A DNA stretch of 64,000 nucleotides from NCBI GenBank assembly GCA_031459855.1, contig JAVKHP010000001.1, forward strand, positions 1,424,429 to 1,488,428, read 5' to 3'. Both the position numbers and the translations under genes were made by a program. Source of the stretch: Candidatus Fervidifonticultor primus. Its GTDB lineage: Bacteria > Sysuimicrobiota > Sysuimicrobiia > Sysuimicrobiales > Humicultoraceae. Within the stretch, counting starts at the first letter, position 1, and the number at the start of each line of letters is the position of its first letter. The notes under the pieces were generated by a model. It saw only the letters and a list, made by a program, of their open reading frames with translations. It had not been told where the DNA came from and did no database searches. Of the stretch, positions 1 to 10,592 are shown one piece after another.

Positions 1-986
1 GTCGAGGAGCTGGGCGGCCTGGTAGCGCTGCTTCATCTCGCCGCCCTCGTAGCTGTAGTCGATCGTCCACTGGATGCGCCGGAGGTCCAGCCCCAGGTTG
101 CGGGCCCAGACGCACCGCGCGATCATCTGGGCGTAGGCGTAGCCGGCGTCCATCTCCTCGGCGCCCGTGAGCTTGACCAGCGCCCGCACGGCCTCGGCGC
201 GGTTGTTGACGGCGTGCCGCACCGCCAGGATCGACGCGGCCACCAGGTCGATGAGCGCCTCGCGGTGGCGCTCGACGACGCTGCGCATGGCGCAGTAGAC
301 GTGGTACTGGTAGTTGGGCAGGGCGTTCTGCAGGTCGAAGATCACCCGCGTCCCGGGCACCTGGCGCAGCAGCCGGCTGGCCTGTTCGTAGTGGAAGATG
401 GCCGTGTCGGTCTGCCCGGAAACGAGCGACGGCACGCGCCCGGCCGTGGTGGTCTGCACGATGGTGACCTCGTCGGGTCGGATGTTGGCCGCCGCCAGCA
501 CGGCCCGGTTCATGCGGTCGATGAACCCGCCCGGGGCGCTGGACATGCCGATCTTCTTGCCCCGCAGGTCCTTGATGTCCCGGATGGGATCGCGCGCGAC
601 CATGACCACCGGCAGCTTGGGCGCGCCCCCGTAGAAGCCCACCAGGGGCACCCCGTTGCCGAAGGCGTTGACGCAGTCGAGGGTGCCCACCTGCACGTCG
701 CCGGCGATGGCCGCGGTCAGCGCGCGGGTCGAGCCCTCGAAGTTCTTGATCTCCAGGTCGATGTTGAACCTGTCGGTGAACCCGAACTCCTTGGCCAGCG
801 CCATGGGCGTGTGCACCACGTTGGGCGGCGCCACCGGCATGCCCAGCACGAGCTTGCGCTTGGGCCCCGGCGCCGGGTAGATCGGCTGGCCCGTCCCGGC
901 CGGGGCCGCGTACGCTATAGGCGGCGCCGGAAGGCCCAGCGCTGCCGTGATCGCCAGCACTGCGATCGCGCGCAGACGTCCACGCA
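1..986 (-). CDS. ABC transporter substrate-binding protein, NMT1/THI5-like (SsuA/TauA-type); partial, continues beyond window start
   Basis: Hand translation of minus strand: MRGRLRAIAVLAITAALGLPAPP... (signal peptide) followed by SsuA/NMT1-like SBP sequence; ATG at 986-984 preceded by GGAGGAGG RBS; absent from ORF track because it runs off the window edge. Confidence 0.6.
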
Positions 987-1008
987 TTCGTCCTCCTCCT
1001 CTCCCGCG

Positions 1009-2211
1009 TCAGCGGGTGATGTAGTACTGCACCGGCAGCCGGTGCAGGCACTCGGCACCGGTCGCCGTGATGAGAAACAGGTTCCCCACCTGTACGCCCG
1101 CCCGGAGATCGGGCGTGACCACGTTGGGCTGGACGACCACGCACATGCCCGCCTCGAAGACGAACGGCCGGTGCGGCCCGTCGGCGGTACGCCGGGTGCG
1201 CACCGAGGGCGGCAGCAGGCCCACCACGAAGCCGTGCAGCACGTCGTCGACGATCGTGTACCCCGCCTCGTGGATGACCTCGGCAGCGTCCAGCACGTCG
1301 TCCACGGTGGCCCCGGGCCGCAGCCGCTCCGCACAGCGGGTGTAGGCCTCGAGGGCCACGTCGCACAGTCGCCGGTACAGGGGGGTGGGCTCGGCCTGGA
1401 CGAAGATCGGCCGGTGCATCTGCCCCGAGTAGCCCCAGTACGAGATGCCGATCTCGCAGTTCACCACGTCCCCGCGCTGGAGGACCCGTGCCGAGGGGTT
1501 CTGCCGCGGGACGCACACCGCGCCGGCGTCCTGCGGGGCCGACGAGAGGTAGGCGAGGTGCAGCAGGCCGCCGGCAGGCAGCGCGGCGCCTTCCACCAGC
1601 GCGCCCAGCTCGTACTCGCGCATGCCGGGCCGCAGGCCGTCGATGAGGGCCTGGACGGCCAGGTCGGTCAACGCCGCGCCGCGGCGCGTCCAGGCGATCT
1701 CCTCGTCGCTCTTGATCAGGCGCAGCTGGCGGAAGGCGGCGGTGACGTCGACCAGCGTCCACCCGGGCAGGAAGCGCTGCCAGGTGAGGTACGCCTGCAC
1801 GGGCACCGGCCCGACGTACCCGAGCGTGCCCGGCCCCGCCCGGAGCGCGCGGGCATGCGCCGCCACGGTGGCCGCGGCATCCGGGCCGCCCCAGCGCACC
1901 TCGACGCTGGCCATCTCGCGGGCATTCGGCACGTGGTTGTGCGGGTGCACGAAGAGCACCGGGGCCTCCGTCGCGCCGACGACCACGTAGGTCTGCCGGT
2001 TGCCCAGGAAGCCCGACAGCCACAGCACGTCGGCCTGGGCGTGCCGGTTCAGCGACGACTCGCCGTGGACGACCAGCACGTCGAGGCCCTCTCGCGCCAT
2101 GAGCGCCCGGGCCGCGGCCCACCGGCGGCCGAACTCCTGCGCCGAGAACCGCGGGTAGAGCGCCTCGTCCGCGACGGGAGCGCCCGCCGGGCGCTGCGGA
2201 TCACCGGACAT
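1009..2211 (-). CDS. M24 family metallohydrolase (creatinase/Xaa-Pro aminopeptidase-like)
   Basis: ORF 1009..2238; creatinase-N + M24 pita-bread fold sequence; second in-frame ATG (MSGDPQ...) has GGGAGGGA RBS 4 nt upstream, so start trimmed to 2211. Confidence 0.8.
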   Translation of the reverse strand: MSGDPQRPAGAPVADEALYPRFSAQEFGRRWAAARALMAREGLDVLVVHGESSLNRHAQADVLWLSGFLGNRQTYVVVGATEAPVLFVHPHNHVPNAREMASVEVRWGGPDAAATVAAHARALRAGPGTLGYVGPVPVQAYLTWQRFLPGWTLVDVTAAFRQLRLIKSDEEIAWTRRGAALTDLAVQALIDGLRPGMREYELGALVEGAALPAGGLLHLAYLSSAPQDAGAVCVPRQNPSARVLQRGDVVNCEIGISYWGYSGQMHRPIFVQAEPTPLYRRLCDVALEAYTRCAERLRPGATVDDVLDAAEVIHEAGYTIVDDVLHGFVVGLLPPSVRTRRTADGPHRPFVFEAGMCVVVQPNVVTPDLRAGVQVGNLFLITATGAECLHRLPVQYYITR

Positions 2212-2256
2212 CGCATCCCTCCCTGTCTTGCCGGCCACGGTGGCGCGCCGCCTCCA

Positions 2257-4140
2257 TCAGCCCTGTGGCGCCGGGCCCACCACCGGCGCCAGCAGACGGT
2301 GGCCCGCCCGCCGCCGCTGGCGCAGCGCCACCGCACCGGCCAGCGCCACGGCGGCAGCCCAGGCCTCCGGGCGGGGGACGAACCCCAGCACCCCCGCCAC
2401 GGCCAGTGCCACCCATTCCGCCACCGTGGTGCGCGTGACGAGGTAGGCCGTCCCGACGCTGGCGAAGATCACGGTGCCCAGCGTTGCGGCCACGATGGCG
2501 GCCAGGTTCTCCCACACCGACCCCGTCAGCAACAGATGGGTGTACGCGAACAGGACCGGCATGACGTAGATGATCTTGGCGAAGCGGAAGCAGTTCCATC
2601 CCGCGCGCATGGGGTCGGCCTGGGCGATGGCCGCCGCAGCGAACGGGCCCAGCGCCACCGGCGGGGTGATGTTGGAGTCGAGGCTCAGCCAGAAGACGAT
2701 CATGTGCGCCACCAGCAGCGGCACCCCCAGCTCGCGCAGCACGGGCACGGCGATCACGGCCACGATCAGGTAGGTGGCGGTGATGGGCAGCGCCAGGCCC
2801 AGCACCAGCGTCGAGACCGCCACCAGCAGCAGCGTCAGCCAGAGCTCTCCCGCCGCCAGGGCCACCACGATGTACGAGAACCGGATGCCGATCCCCGTGA
2901 GGGCCAGCACGCCGATGACGATGCCGACGGCGCCGGTCAGCGCGCCGACGAACAGCGACGAGCGGGCTCCCTCGACCAGCGCCTCCCAGATCGCCCGCAC
3001 CCCCATGCGGGTCTCGCGGCGCACCCAGCTCACGGCCACGGTGGCCAGGATGGCGAAGACGGCCGCCCGCTCGGTGGAGACGTGCGCCACCAGCAGAGCG
3101 ATCAGCACCGCCACCGGGAGGAACAGGTACCACCCGCGCCGCAGCGTCGAGCCCAGCGGTGGCAGCTCATCGGCGGCCAGACCGCGCAGGCCCAGCTTGC
3201 GCGATTCGAAGTAGACCATGAGCCCCACCGAGAGGAAGTACAGCAGGCCCGGGATCGCGGCGACCTTCACGATCTCGGCGTAGGGCGTGGCGGTCATCTC
3301 GGCCATGATGAACGCCCCGGCGCCCATTACCGGCGGCAGGACCATGGCCCCCGTGGAGGCCGCCCCCTCCACCGCCGCCGCGATGTGGGGCGGGAACCCG
3401 GCGCGTTTCATCAGGGGGATGGTGATCGTGCCGGTGGTGACGGTGTTGGCCACCGGGCTGCCCTGAATCGTCCCCAGCAGCGCGCTGGACATGACCGCGG
3501 CCTGGGCCGGGCCGCCGGCGATGCGGCCGAACAGCGCCAGCGCCAGGTCGATGAAGACCCGCGCCGCCCCGGCCCGCTGCAGGAACGCGCCGAACACCAC
3601 GAAGGGGATGATGAACTCGGCCAGCACCTCGGCCATCACGCCGAAGATGCCGTCGGAGGTCAGGTAGACGTACTCCACCACCCGTCGGAGCGTGAACCCG
3701 CGGTGGCCGACGATCGGCGGGAGGTAGTGCCCGAACAGGGCGTAGGCGATGGGCAGGAGCGCCACCAGCGCCATGCTGCGACCCAGCACGCGCCGGGCAG
3801 TCTCGACGGCCAGGGCGGTCACCACTGCGCCCATGGCCACGTCGAGGGTGGTGTACGCGCCGGCGCGGTAGGCCATGGCCTCGTGCTCGACGATCCAGTA
3901 GGCCACGCCGGCTACGGCCGCCAGCGCCAGCACCACGTCCACCGCCGCGGGCGCGTCGTCGCGGTCGCGCCGCCAGCCGCGGTAGAGCAGCAGCGGCACC
4001 ACCAGGCTGTACAGCACGGCGATGCCGCGGTAGTACTGCAGCGACGCCGCACCGTACCAGGCCAGCCACAGGTAGTAGAGCGAGGTGGCGCCCAGGAGGA
4101 CCTGGGCCACGAGGTCCCACGGCCGGCCCAGCGCGCGCAT
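2257..4140 (-). CDS. TRAP transporter fused 4TM/12TM permease (TAXI-type partner)
   Basis: 627-aa polytopic membrane protein with DctQ-like N-terminus fused to DctM-like domain; immediately downstream of TAXI receptor. Confidence 0.85.
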   Translation of the reverse strand: MRALGRPWDLVAQVLLGATSLYYLWLAWYGAASLQYYRGIAVLYSLVVPLLLYRGWRRDRDDAPAAVDVVLALAAVAGVAYWIVEHEAMAYRAGAYTTLDVAMGAVVTALAVETARRVLGRSMALVALLPIAYALFGHYLPPIVGHRGFTLRRVVEYVYLTSDGIFGVMAEVLAEFIIPFVVFGAFLQRAGAARVFIDLALALFGRIAGGPAQAAVMSSALLGTIQGSPVANTVTTGTITIPLMKRAGFPPHIAAAVEGAASTGAMVLPPVMGAGAFIMAEMTATPYAEIVKVAAIPGLLYFLSVGLMVYFESRKLGLRGLAADELPPLGSTLRRGWYLFLPVAVLIALLVAHVSTERAAVFAILATVAVSWVRRETRMGVRAIWEALVEGARSSLFVGALTGAVGIVIGVLALTGIGIRFSYIVVALAAGELWLTLLLVAVSTLVLGLALPITATYLIVAVIAVPVLRELGVPLLVAHMIVFWLSLDSNITPPVALGPFAAAAIAQADPMRAGWNCFRFAKIIYVMPVLFAYTHLLLTGSVWENLAAIVAATLGTVIFASVGTAYLVTRTTVAEWVALAVAGVLGFVPRPEAWAAAVALAGAVALRQRRRAGHRLLAPVVGPAPQG

Positions 4141-4161
4141 CAGCGCTCCTGCGGCTGCCGC

Positions 4162-5190
4162 TTACCGTGCCCGGATCGCATCGGGGATCTCCAGCCCCAC
4201 CGACCGCCAGTGCGCCTCGGCGCCGCGGTGCAGGGGGATGGTGATGCCCTGCAGCGCCTGGCGCGGGCGCATGTCGGCGGCAGCGGAATGCACCCGGAGC
4301 ATGTGCTCGTGCCCCTTGGTGCTGTACGCGGCCGCGACGATGGTCTGCACCAGCGGCGCCGGCACGTCGACGTGGGCCAGCCACAGGAGCGGCACGCCCA
4401 GTGCCGGCACCGGTTCGGTCACCCCCGGGTAGCCGCCGGGCGGGAAGACGTACCGCGAGTAGTACGGGTACTGGCGCAGGAAGCCCGCAGCCACCGCCGG
4501 GGTGTAGACGTCCAGGATCCGGATGGGCTTCACCGTCGCGGCCTCGATGGTACCCCGGTCGGGGTAGGGGCCCGTGAAGAAGAACGCGTCCACGCGGCCG
4601 TCCTGCAGCGCCTGGCTGGCTGCCCCGCCCAGGAGCGGCACGCGCGACAGGCGGTCCCACAGCCCGATGGCGCGGAACGCGCGCTCGGCGGTGGCGAACG
4701 TTCCGGAGCCGGGCGTGCCCACCGCGACGCGCTTGCCCGCCAGGTCGGCGGCGGTGCGGATCCCGCTGTCCTGGTAGGTGACCACGTGCGAGGCGCCGAC
4801 GAAGACCAGGCCCAGCGCCCGCAGGTTGGTGTGCGCCGTGCCGCGGAAGATCTCCAGGCCGTGGTAGGCTTCGTGGGCGTCGGACGCGAACGCCAGGCCC
4901 ATCTCGGCGTTCTTCGCCTGGAGCCGCCGCACGTTCTCGGTGGAGCCGCCGGTGGCGGCCACCGACACGTCGATCTCGGGCACGGCACCGTTGAGGAAGG
5001 TGGCGATGCCCGTGGCGAAGATGCCGAAGACGCCGGCGGGCGGGCCGCCCAGGATCGTCAGGCGCACCTTGGGCGCCGCCAGCAGCGGCCCCGGTGCCGA
5101 CATCGCCAGCAGCGCGACCGCCAGGCCCAGCAGCACCGCTGGTCTCAGCGCTGCCGCAGGGCGTCCCCCGTGTCTCGACCGCGTGTCCAT
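4162..5190 (-). CDS. TRAP transporter solute receptor, TAXI family
   Basis: ORF 4162..5343; TAXI/Imp-like sequence with signal peptide (MDTRSRHGGRPAAALRPAVLLGLAVALLA); ATG at 5190 has GAGGAGGTG RBS 6 nt upstream; upstream part of ORF is low complexity. Confidence 0.8.
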   Translation of the reverse strand: MDTRSRHGGRPAAALRPAVLLGLAVALLAMSAPGPLLAAPKVRLTILGGPPAGVFGIFATGIATFLNGAVPEIDVSVAATGGSTENVRRLQAKNAEMGLAFASDAHEAYHGLEIFRGTAHTNLRALGLVFVGASHVVTYQDSGIRTAADLAGKRVAVGTPGSGTFATAERAFRAIGLWDRLSRVPLLGGAASQALQDGRVDAFFFTGPYPDRGTIEAATVKPIRILDVYTPAVAAGFLRQYPYYSRYVFPPGGYPGVTEPVPALGVPLLWLAHVDVPAPLVQTIVAAAYSTKGHEHMLRVHSAAADMRPRQALQGITIPLHRGAEAHWRSVGLEIPDAIRAR

Positions 5191-5394
5191 CCCTGCACCT
5201 CCTCGCATGCGCGCTCCACCAGGGCGTGGGTCATCGTGCGGTGCGGGCGCCGACCTCCGGTCACCACGGCATGCCTCCCGCTCCAGCGCATGCCAGCTGC
5301 CAACCGGGGTCTGCGAGCGCAGACCTGTCACCACGTCTGGCACCTCGGGCGCCCGGGCTGTCCGTTCCAGGGCGACACCGCCGACGCCCGCATG

Positions 5395-6386
5395 CTACGC
5401 CCCTCGCGCCAGCAGCCGTGCCGCGTTGCCGCCCAGGATCTTCGCCTCCTCCTCGGGCGGCAGGCCCAGCGCTCGCACCGCCTCGGCCGGCTGTTCCACG
5501 CCCATGTCGAACGGGTAGTCCGAGCCCAGCACCACCTGCTCCGGGCTCGCGTACGCCACGAGCCCGCGCAACAGGTCGACGTCGTGGGTCACCGTGTCGT
5601 AGTAGAACCGCCGCAGCGACGCGTCGACCGGTTCGCGCAGGCGCGCCCGCGCCGGCGCCGTCACCCGGTGTGCGTGCCGCAGGCGGCCGCGCAGCGCGGG
5701 CAGGGCCCCGCCGCCGTGGGCCAGCACCACCTTGAGGCGCGGGTGCGCCTCCAGCACGCCCGCCAGCACCATTTGCGCTGCCGCGATCGTCGTCTCCAGC
5801 GGGTTGCCCACGGCGTTCCACAGGTAGTAGTCGGCCAGCGCCGGCAGGTCGAACCCGCGGGTGGTGGGGTGGACGAAGACCACCGCCCCGGTGGCCTCGG
5901 CGGCGGCCCAGAAGGGCCGAAAGCGGTCGTCGCCCAGGTAGGCGCCGTTGACGCTGGCTGCGACCTCCACGCCGCACAGCCCCGGCAGGCGCAGCACCGT
6001 CTCCAGCTCGCGCGCCGCGAGCTCCGGGTCCTGGAGCGGCACAGTGCCCAGGGCGCGGATGCGCGTGGGATGGGCCTCGGCCAGGCGGGCCAGCCCCTCG
6101 TTGTAGAGGCGGCTGGTGCGCAGCCCTTCCACAGGCGGCACGTCGTAGCGCAGCAACGACGCCCACGGGCTCAGCACGACGCAGTCCACCCCGGCAGCGT
6201 CCTGCGCCGCCAGGATGCCATCTGGGTCCACGAACTCCCGCACCGCCGAGGTGAGCCGACGGCCGCCGTGCTCGATCACCTGGCGGCCCGCGTCCCAGTA
6301 GACCCGCGGACGCCAGGCCTCGGCGGGCGCGGCGTCGCGCAGGAGCGCGGGCACGATGACATGGGCGTGGAGGTCGACGATCACGG
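5395..6386 (-). CDS. amidohydrolase-2 family metal-dependent hydrolase/decarboxylase (ACMSD-like)
   Basis: ORF 5395..6444; family N-terminus M-IVDLHAHV reached from GTG at 6386; DYPFD near C-terminus. Confidence 0.75.
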
Positions 6387-6400
6387 CCGCGCCCCCGTCG

Positions 6401-7378
6401 TCACGACGCCAGGACCAGGAGCAGGACCCCCGCAACGGTCGCACCCGCGCCCAGCCACAGGCGCCCGGACACCGCTTCCCCGTGCCGCTCCCCCAGCAGT
6501 CGAGAGAGGACCAGCACCAGCGGCACCGAGATCTGGGACAGCGCCAGCACCACGCCCACCGGGGCCAGGTCCAGGGCGATCCACCGGGCCCACTGCGACA
6601 GGCCCACCAGGGCGCCCGCCGCCACCTTGACGGCGAACGCCGTCGAGTGCAGCACGGCGCGCACCTCCTCCCGTCGCGCCAGCATGCCCACCGCGTAGGC
6701 CACCACGCACGGCACGAGCCCCAGCGTGAGGCCCAGCAGCGGCGAGGGCAACCCGGCCAGGCCGCGGCGCACGAACACCGGGCTGATCGCCCAGCACAGC
6801 GAGGCTCCCAGACCGTAGAGCACGCCGGTGCGGCCGGTCCGCGACGCTCGCGTGTCGTGCACCGCTGCGGCCCCCGGTGCCGCCGCGGCCGCAGGGACCG
6901 TGGTACCAGGCCCTGTCGGGGGCACGTCTGGTGTCGCCGCCGACGCCTCCGCGGGCTGTTCTCCCGCGATCGCGCACACGCCCGCGACCGTGACGGCGAT
7001 GCCCGCCAGCGCTGGCGGCGACGGGAGCTCGCGCAGCACAGCGGCGGCGATCGCGGTGGCGAACAGGGGGCTCGTGCTGATCAGCGGGCTCGTCCGCGCC
7101 GCGCCGATCCGCTTCTGGCTTGCGTTGAGCAGGGTCCAGCCCACGACGAAGTGCACGAACGCCCCGATCGCGAACTGCACGACCGCCGCCCGCGGAGCGT
7201 GCCAGACGCGGCGGACGTCCGTCGTCGCCCAGGCGATGGCGGCCAGCACCGCCGTGCTCACCACCAGCTGGAGGAACGTCGACACGTACACGCTCATCCG
7301 GCGCACCGCGATGCGGTTGATGGTCTGGAAGGTGCCGAAGCCAAGTCCCGCCAGCAGTGCCCATAGCGCACCGCTCAT
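6401..7378 (-). CDS. EamA/DMT family transporter
   Basis: 325-aa ORF, ten predicted TM helices, two EamA-like halves. Confidence 0.75.
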   Translation of the reverse strand: MSGALWALLAGLGFGTFQTINRIAVRRMSVYVSTFLQLVVSTAVLAAIAWATTDVRRVWHAPRAAVVQFAIGAFVHFVVGWTLLNASQKRIGAARTSPLISTSPLFATAIAAAVLRELPSPPALAGIAVTVAGVCAIAGEQPAEASAATPDVPPTGPGTTVPAAAAAPGAAAVHDTRASRTGRTGVLYGLGASLCWAISPVFVRRGLAGLPSPLLGLTLGLVPCVVAYAVGMLARREEVRAVLHSTAFAVKVAAGALVGLSQWARWIALDLAPVGVVLALSQISVPLVLVLSRLLGERHGEAVSGRLWLGAGATVAGVLLLVLAS

Positions 7379-7442
7379 CTGGCCGCACGCCGGCAGGGGA
7401 GCGAGGGCCCCCGTACGATCCGCGCGCGCGGCCCGCGACGGC

Positions 7443-8504
7443 TCATGCCTGCGGGTCCACGACGATCTTGCCCGTGGCGCGCCGCGTGGCCAGCGCCAGC
7501 AGGCCGTCGTCGACCAGGTCGTCGAGGGCGATGACGCGGTCCAGGACCCGCGCCGCCACGTCGGTGGTGGCCAGCAACCGGATCGCCGCGGGCAGGTCGG
7601 TCGGGCAGACGTGGGCGACGGTGGTGAGCAGCGTCACCTCGCGCAGCACGAGGTCGCGCACGTCCATGGGGTGACGGTCGTGGGGCAGCCCCACCTGCAG
7701 GAGACGCCCGCCGCGCCGCACCAGGCCTGGCGCCAGGTCCATCGACGCCGGGACGCCCGCGCTCTCGATCACCACGTCGGCGCCGTCGCCGTCGGTGACG
7801 TCGTGCACGACCCGGACGGGGTCGTCGGCGCCCAGGTGGACCACCCGGGTTGCCCCCAGGGCCTCTGCGACGCGCAGGCGGTGGGGGTCGACGTCGACGG
7901 CCACCAGGGACCGGACGCCCCGGGCGCGCGCGGCGGCCACGATCAGCGACCCGATGCCACCGACCCCCAGCACCACCAGGTGCTCGTGCGGCGCCACACC
8001 GCTGCGCGTCACCGCGTGCATCGCCACGGCCAGCGGCTGCGCCAGCGCCGCCGCCTCGTCGCTGCACCCGTCGGGCACGGGCGCGCACGTCTTGGCCGGC
8101 ACGCGGACGTACGTGGCCAGCCCGCCGTCGGCCTGCAGCCCCAGCGTGTAGTAGCGCGCGCACAGGTTGGGCCGGCCTGCCCGGCACCAGGCGCACGCCT
8201 CGCACCACACCCCCGCGCCGCTGGCCACCCGCTGTCCCGGGGAGAGCTCCGCAACGCCAGGTCCGACGGCCACCACCCGCCCCGCGAACTCGTGGCCGAG
8301 GATCACCGGCCCCTGGTACCCCGTGACCGGATCGGGGCGACGGACGGGGATCGCATGCGGTCCATGCAGGTACTCCGAGACGTCGGTCCCGCAGATGCCG
8401 GCCCGGCTCACTGCCAGGAGCACCTCGCCGGGGCCGGGGGGCGGCGGGTCGGGGCGGTGTTCGATGCGCACGTCGCGGGTCCCGTAGTAGACGGCCGCCT
8501 TCAT
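7443..8504 (-). CDS. zinc-dependent alcohol dehydrogenase (MDR family, sorbitol/threonine DH-like)
   Basis: ORF 7443..9455 trimmed to MKAAVYYG...; GHEFAGRV, CxxC..C structural-zinc motif, GxGxxG Rossmann; ATG overlaps upstream stop as ctgATGA. Confidence 0.85.
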   Translation of the reverse strand: MKAAVYYGTRDVRIEHRPDPPPPGPGEVLLAVSRAGICGTDVSEYLHGPHAIPVRRPDPVTGYQGPVILGHEFAGRVVAVGPGVAELSPGQRVASGAGVWCEACAWCRAGRPNLCARYYTLGLQADGGLATYVRVPAKTCAPVPDGCSDEAAALAQPLAVAMHAVTRSGVAPHEHLVVLGVGGIGSLIVAAARARGVRSLVAVDVDPHRLRVAEALGATRVVHLGADDPVRVVHDVTDGDGADVVIESAGVPASMDLAPGLVRRGGRLLQVGLPHDRHPMDVRDLVLREVTLLTTVAHVCPTDLPAAIRLLATTDVAARVLDRVIALDDLVDDGLLALATRRATGKIVVDPQA

Positions 8505-9520
8505 CAGACCCCCAACCTCCTGGCCCGCACGGGCCGGAGCACGCCCATCAACCCCTCCCGCGCGTAGAGGGCGATCAGGATCAGCGCACACCCGAGCACG
8601 ACCCGGTTGAACTCCACGGGCACGCGCGTGCCGAACAGCGCCACCTTCGTGACCCCGACCCGCAGCAGTTCCGCCAGGAGCATCACCAGCGGGACGCCGA
8701 GGATCGGCCCCTGCCACGTCCCCGCGCCGCCCACCATGGTCATCAGCACCACGTCGATGGAGATGTCGAGGCTGAAGGTGCCCGTCGGCTCGATGTACCC
8801 GATGCGCTGGGTGTACAGCCCGCCGGCGACGCCTGCCAGCAGCGCCCCCGCCAGCAGCGCGCCGATCTTGATCCGGGTGGTGCGCACACCCAGGATCTCG
8901 GCGGCGTCCTCGTCTTCGCGGATGGCCACCAGCGCGTATCCGAATCGCGACCGTTCCACCCTGGCCACGAACCACGTCACGACGAACGCCAGCGCCAGGT
9001 AGGTGAAGTAGAACACCTGCTCCACCGTGTGCCGGTCCCAGGGCAACGGCGTGACGTAGATCCCCATGGCGCCGCGGGTCACGGCGGCGTTGTAGGCCAG
9101 GGACTGCACCAGGAAGCCCAGGATCATGGTCAGGATGGCGAAGTACGGCCCGCGCACCCGCAGGCTGGGGATGCCCACGGCCGCGGCCCACACGACCGCC
9201 GTGAGTCCGGCCAGCGGCGCGGTCGCCAGGGGCGGCCAGCCGTAGCGGTAGGCGAGAATTCCCGTCGTGTACGCGCCTACCCCGAAGAAGACCGCCATGC
9301 CCAGGTTCAGGTAGCCGGCGTACCCGCCGAGCAGGTTCCAGGCCTGCGCCAGCACCACGAACAGGAACACGGTGGTCAGGGTGCTGAGCAGCCCCAGCGC
9401 CTCGACCGTCGCGCCCACCACCGCCAGCCCTGCGGCCGCGGCGGCTGCCAGCCACGGCGTCGCCCTGTCCACGGCCGCCGCGCGGGGCGTGAGGGAGCGG
9501 TGGAGGACCCGTTCGCTCAT
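8504..9520 (-). CDS. livM: branched-chain amino acid ABC transporter permease LivM
   Basis: ORF 8504..9634 trimmed to ATG at 9520 (MSERVLH...); LivM-family membrane protein. Confidence 0.8.
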   Translation of the reverse strand: MSERVLHRSLTPRAAAVDRATPWLAAAAAAGLAVVGATVEALGLLSTLTTVFLFVVLAQAWNLLGGYAGYLNLGMAVFFGVGAYTTGILAYRYGWPPLATAPLAGLTAVVWAAAVGIPSLRVRGPYFAILTMILGFLVQSLAYNAAVTRGAMGIYVTPLPWDRHTVEQVFYFTYLALAFVVTWFVARVERSRFGYALVAIREDEDAAEILGVRTTRIKIGALLAGALLAGVAGGLYTQRIGYIEPTGTFSLDISIDVVLMTMVGGAGTWQGPILGVPLVMLLAELLRVGVTKVALFGTRVPVEFNRVVLGCALILIALYAREGLMGVLRPVRARRLGV

Positions 9521-9524
9521 CGAC

Positions 9525-10406
9525 CTAGACGGTCCGCTCCCGCACCGTGGCCAGCCCCTGGCCCCGCAGCAACAGCGCCGCCGCCAGGAGGCCGTAGACC
9601 ACGAGGTAGACGTACTGGAAGGGCAGGAGCACACCGCTCAGCGTCTCCACCTCGCCCACCAGGAGCCCGGCCGCCAGGCTGCTCCGTACGCCCCCGAGCC
9701 CGCCCACCACGACCACCAGGAACGCCCACGCCAGCCAGCGGACGTGGTCTTGCGGTGCGAAGGGGAAGATCATGGCCAGGGCGACGCCGCCCACCGCGGC
9801 GGAGGCGGCGCCCAGCCCCATCACCACCAGGCCGATGCGGCGCGGGTCGACGCCCAGCACCAGCGCCGCATCGGGATTCTGGCCCACCGCGCGGATGGCT
9901 TTCCCCAGGAGCGTGCGGCGCAGCAGCGCGTCCAGCAGCAGCACCATGCCCAACGCCAGCGCCGCTGCCACCAGGCGGGACAGCGGCAGCGTCAGCCCGC
10001 CCAGCGCGAGCGTGGCCTGGCCGGCGCGCCAGGGGAGGACACGGGTATCGGTGGTCCAGAGCAGGATGGCGGCGCTCTCGAGGACGATCATGAGGCCGAA
10101 GAGGACCAGCAACCCGACGGCCTGGGGCGCCGCGGCGACCCGCCGCACGAGCGTGCGGTCCACCGCGGCCCCGACCAGAAAGAAGAGCGGCACCGCCAGC
10201 ACCATGGCGGCAAGCGGCGAGAGCGCGGCCCGGTGCAGCAGTTCCCAGGCGAAGAACGCGCCCAGGATGACCAGCGTGCTGTGAGCGACGTTGACGATGC
10301 CCAGCACTCCGAGCGTCAGGCTCAGACCCACGCCGATCAGGGTGTAGACCAGGCCCAGCAGCAGGCCGTTGACGGCCGCTTGCCCGAGCAGGGCCAGCGT
10401 GATCAT
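9525..10406 (-). CDS. livH: branched-chain amino acid ABC transporter permease LivH
   Basis: 293-aa LivH-family permease. Confidence 0.85.
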   Translation of the reverse strand: MITLALLGQAAVNGLLLGLVYTLIGVGLSLTLGVLGIVNVAHSTLVILGAFFAWELLHRAALSPLAAMVLAVPLFFLVGAAVDRTLVRRVAAAPQAVGLLVLFGLMIVLESAAILLWTTDTRVLPWRAGQATLALGGLTLPLSRLVAAALALGMVLLLDALLRRTLLGKAIRAVGQNPDAALVLGVDPRRIGLVVMGLGAASAAVGGVALAMIFPFAPQDHVRWLAWAFLVVVVGGLGGVRSSLAAGLLVGEVETLSGVLLPFQYVYLVVYGLLAAALLLRGQGLATVRERTV

Positions 10407-10592
10407 GCCGCCGCTGGCGCGACGCTGCCCCGGCGGCGCAGTGGCAGGCGTCCGACACGCCTCACCGCATCCTCACCCCACGCCGTAAAAAACCGCCCTG
10501 AGCGCGCGGTGGCAGAACGCGTCGGTGCCCACGCGCGGCGGCCGGGACAGCCGCCCGGATCCCTGCTCACCGTGCGGCGCACGAGGCGGCAG

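Noticed and set aside
214-6630. 2138-aa plus-strand ORF and many other long ORFs on the opposite strand of real genes (e.g. 28250..30097, 29917..32784, 57012..60170, 61032..62744)
   Set aside because: Translations are Arg/Gly/Pro/His-rich low-complexity with no domain-like sequence. They lie antisense to, or out of frame with, well-supported homolog-bearing genes. This is a typical stop-codon-poor artefact of high-GC DNA.
7443-9455. 670-aa ORF merging ADH with upstream sequence; similarly 17136..19028, 22964..24637, 25147..27048, 28568..31018, 60193..62913
   Set aside because: N-terminal portions are low-complexity read-through of the upstream gene in another frame; internal starts with RBS and family-typical N-termini give normal-length proteins
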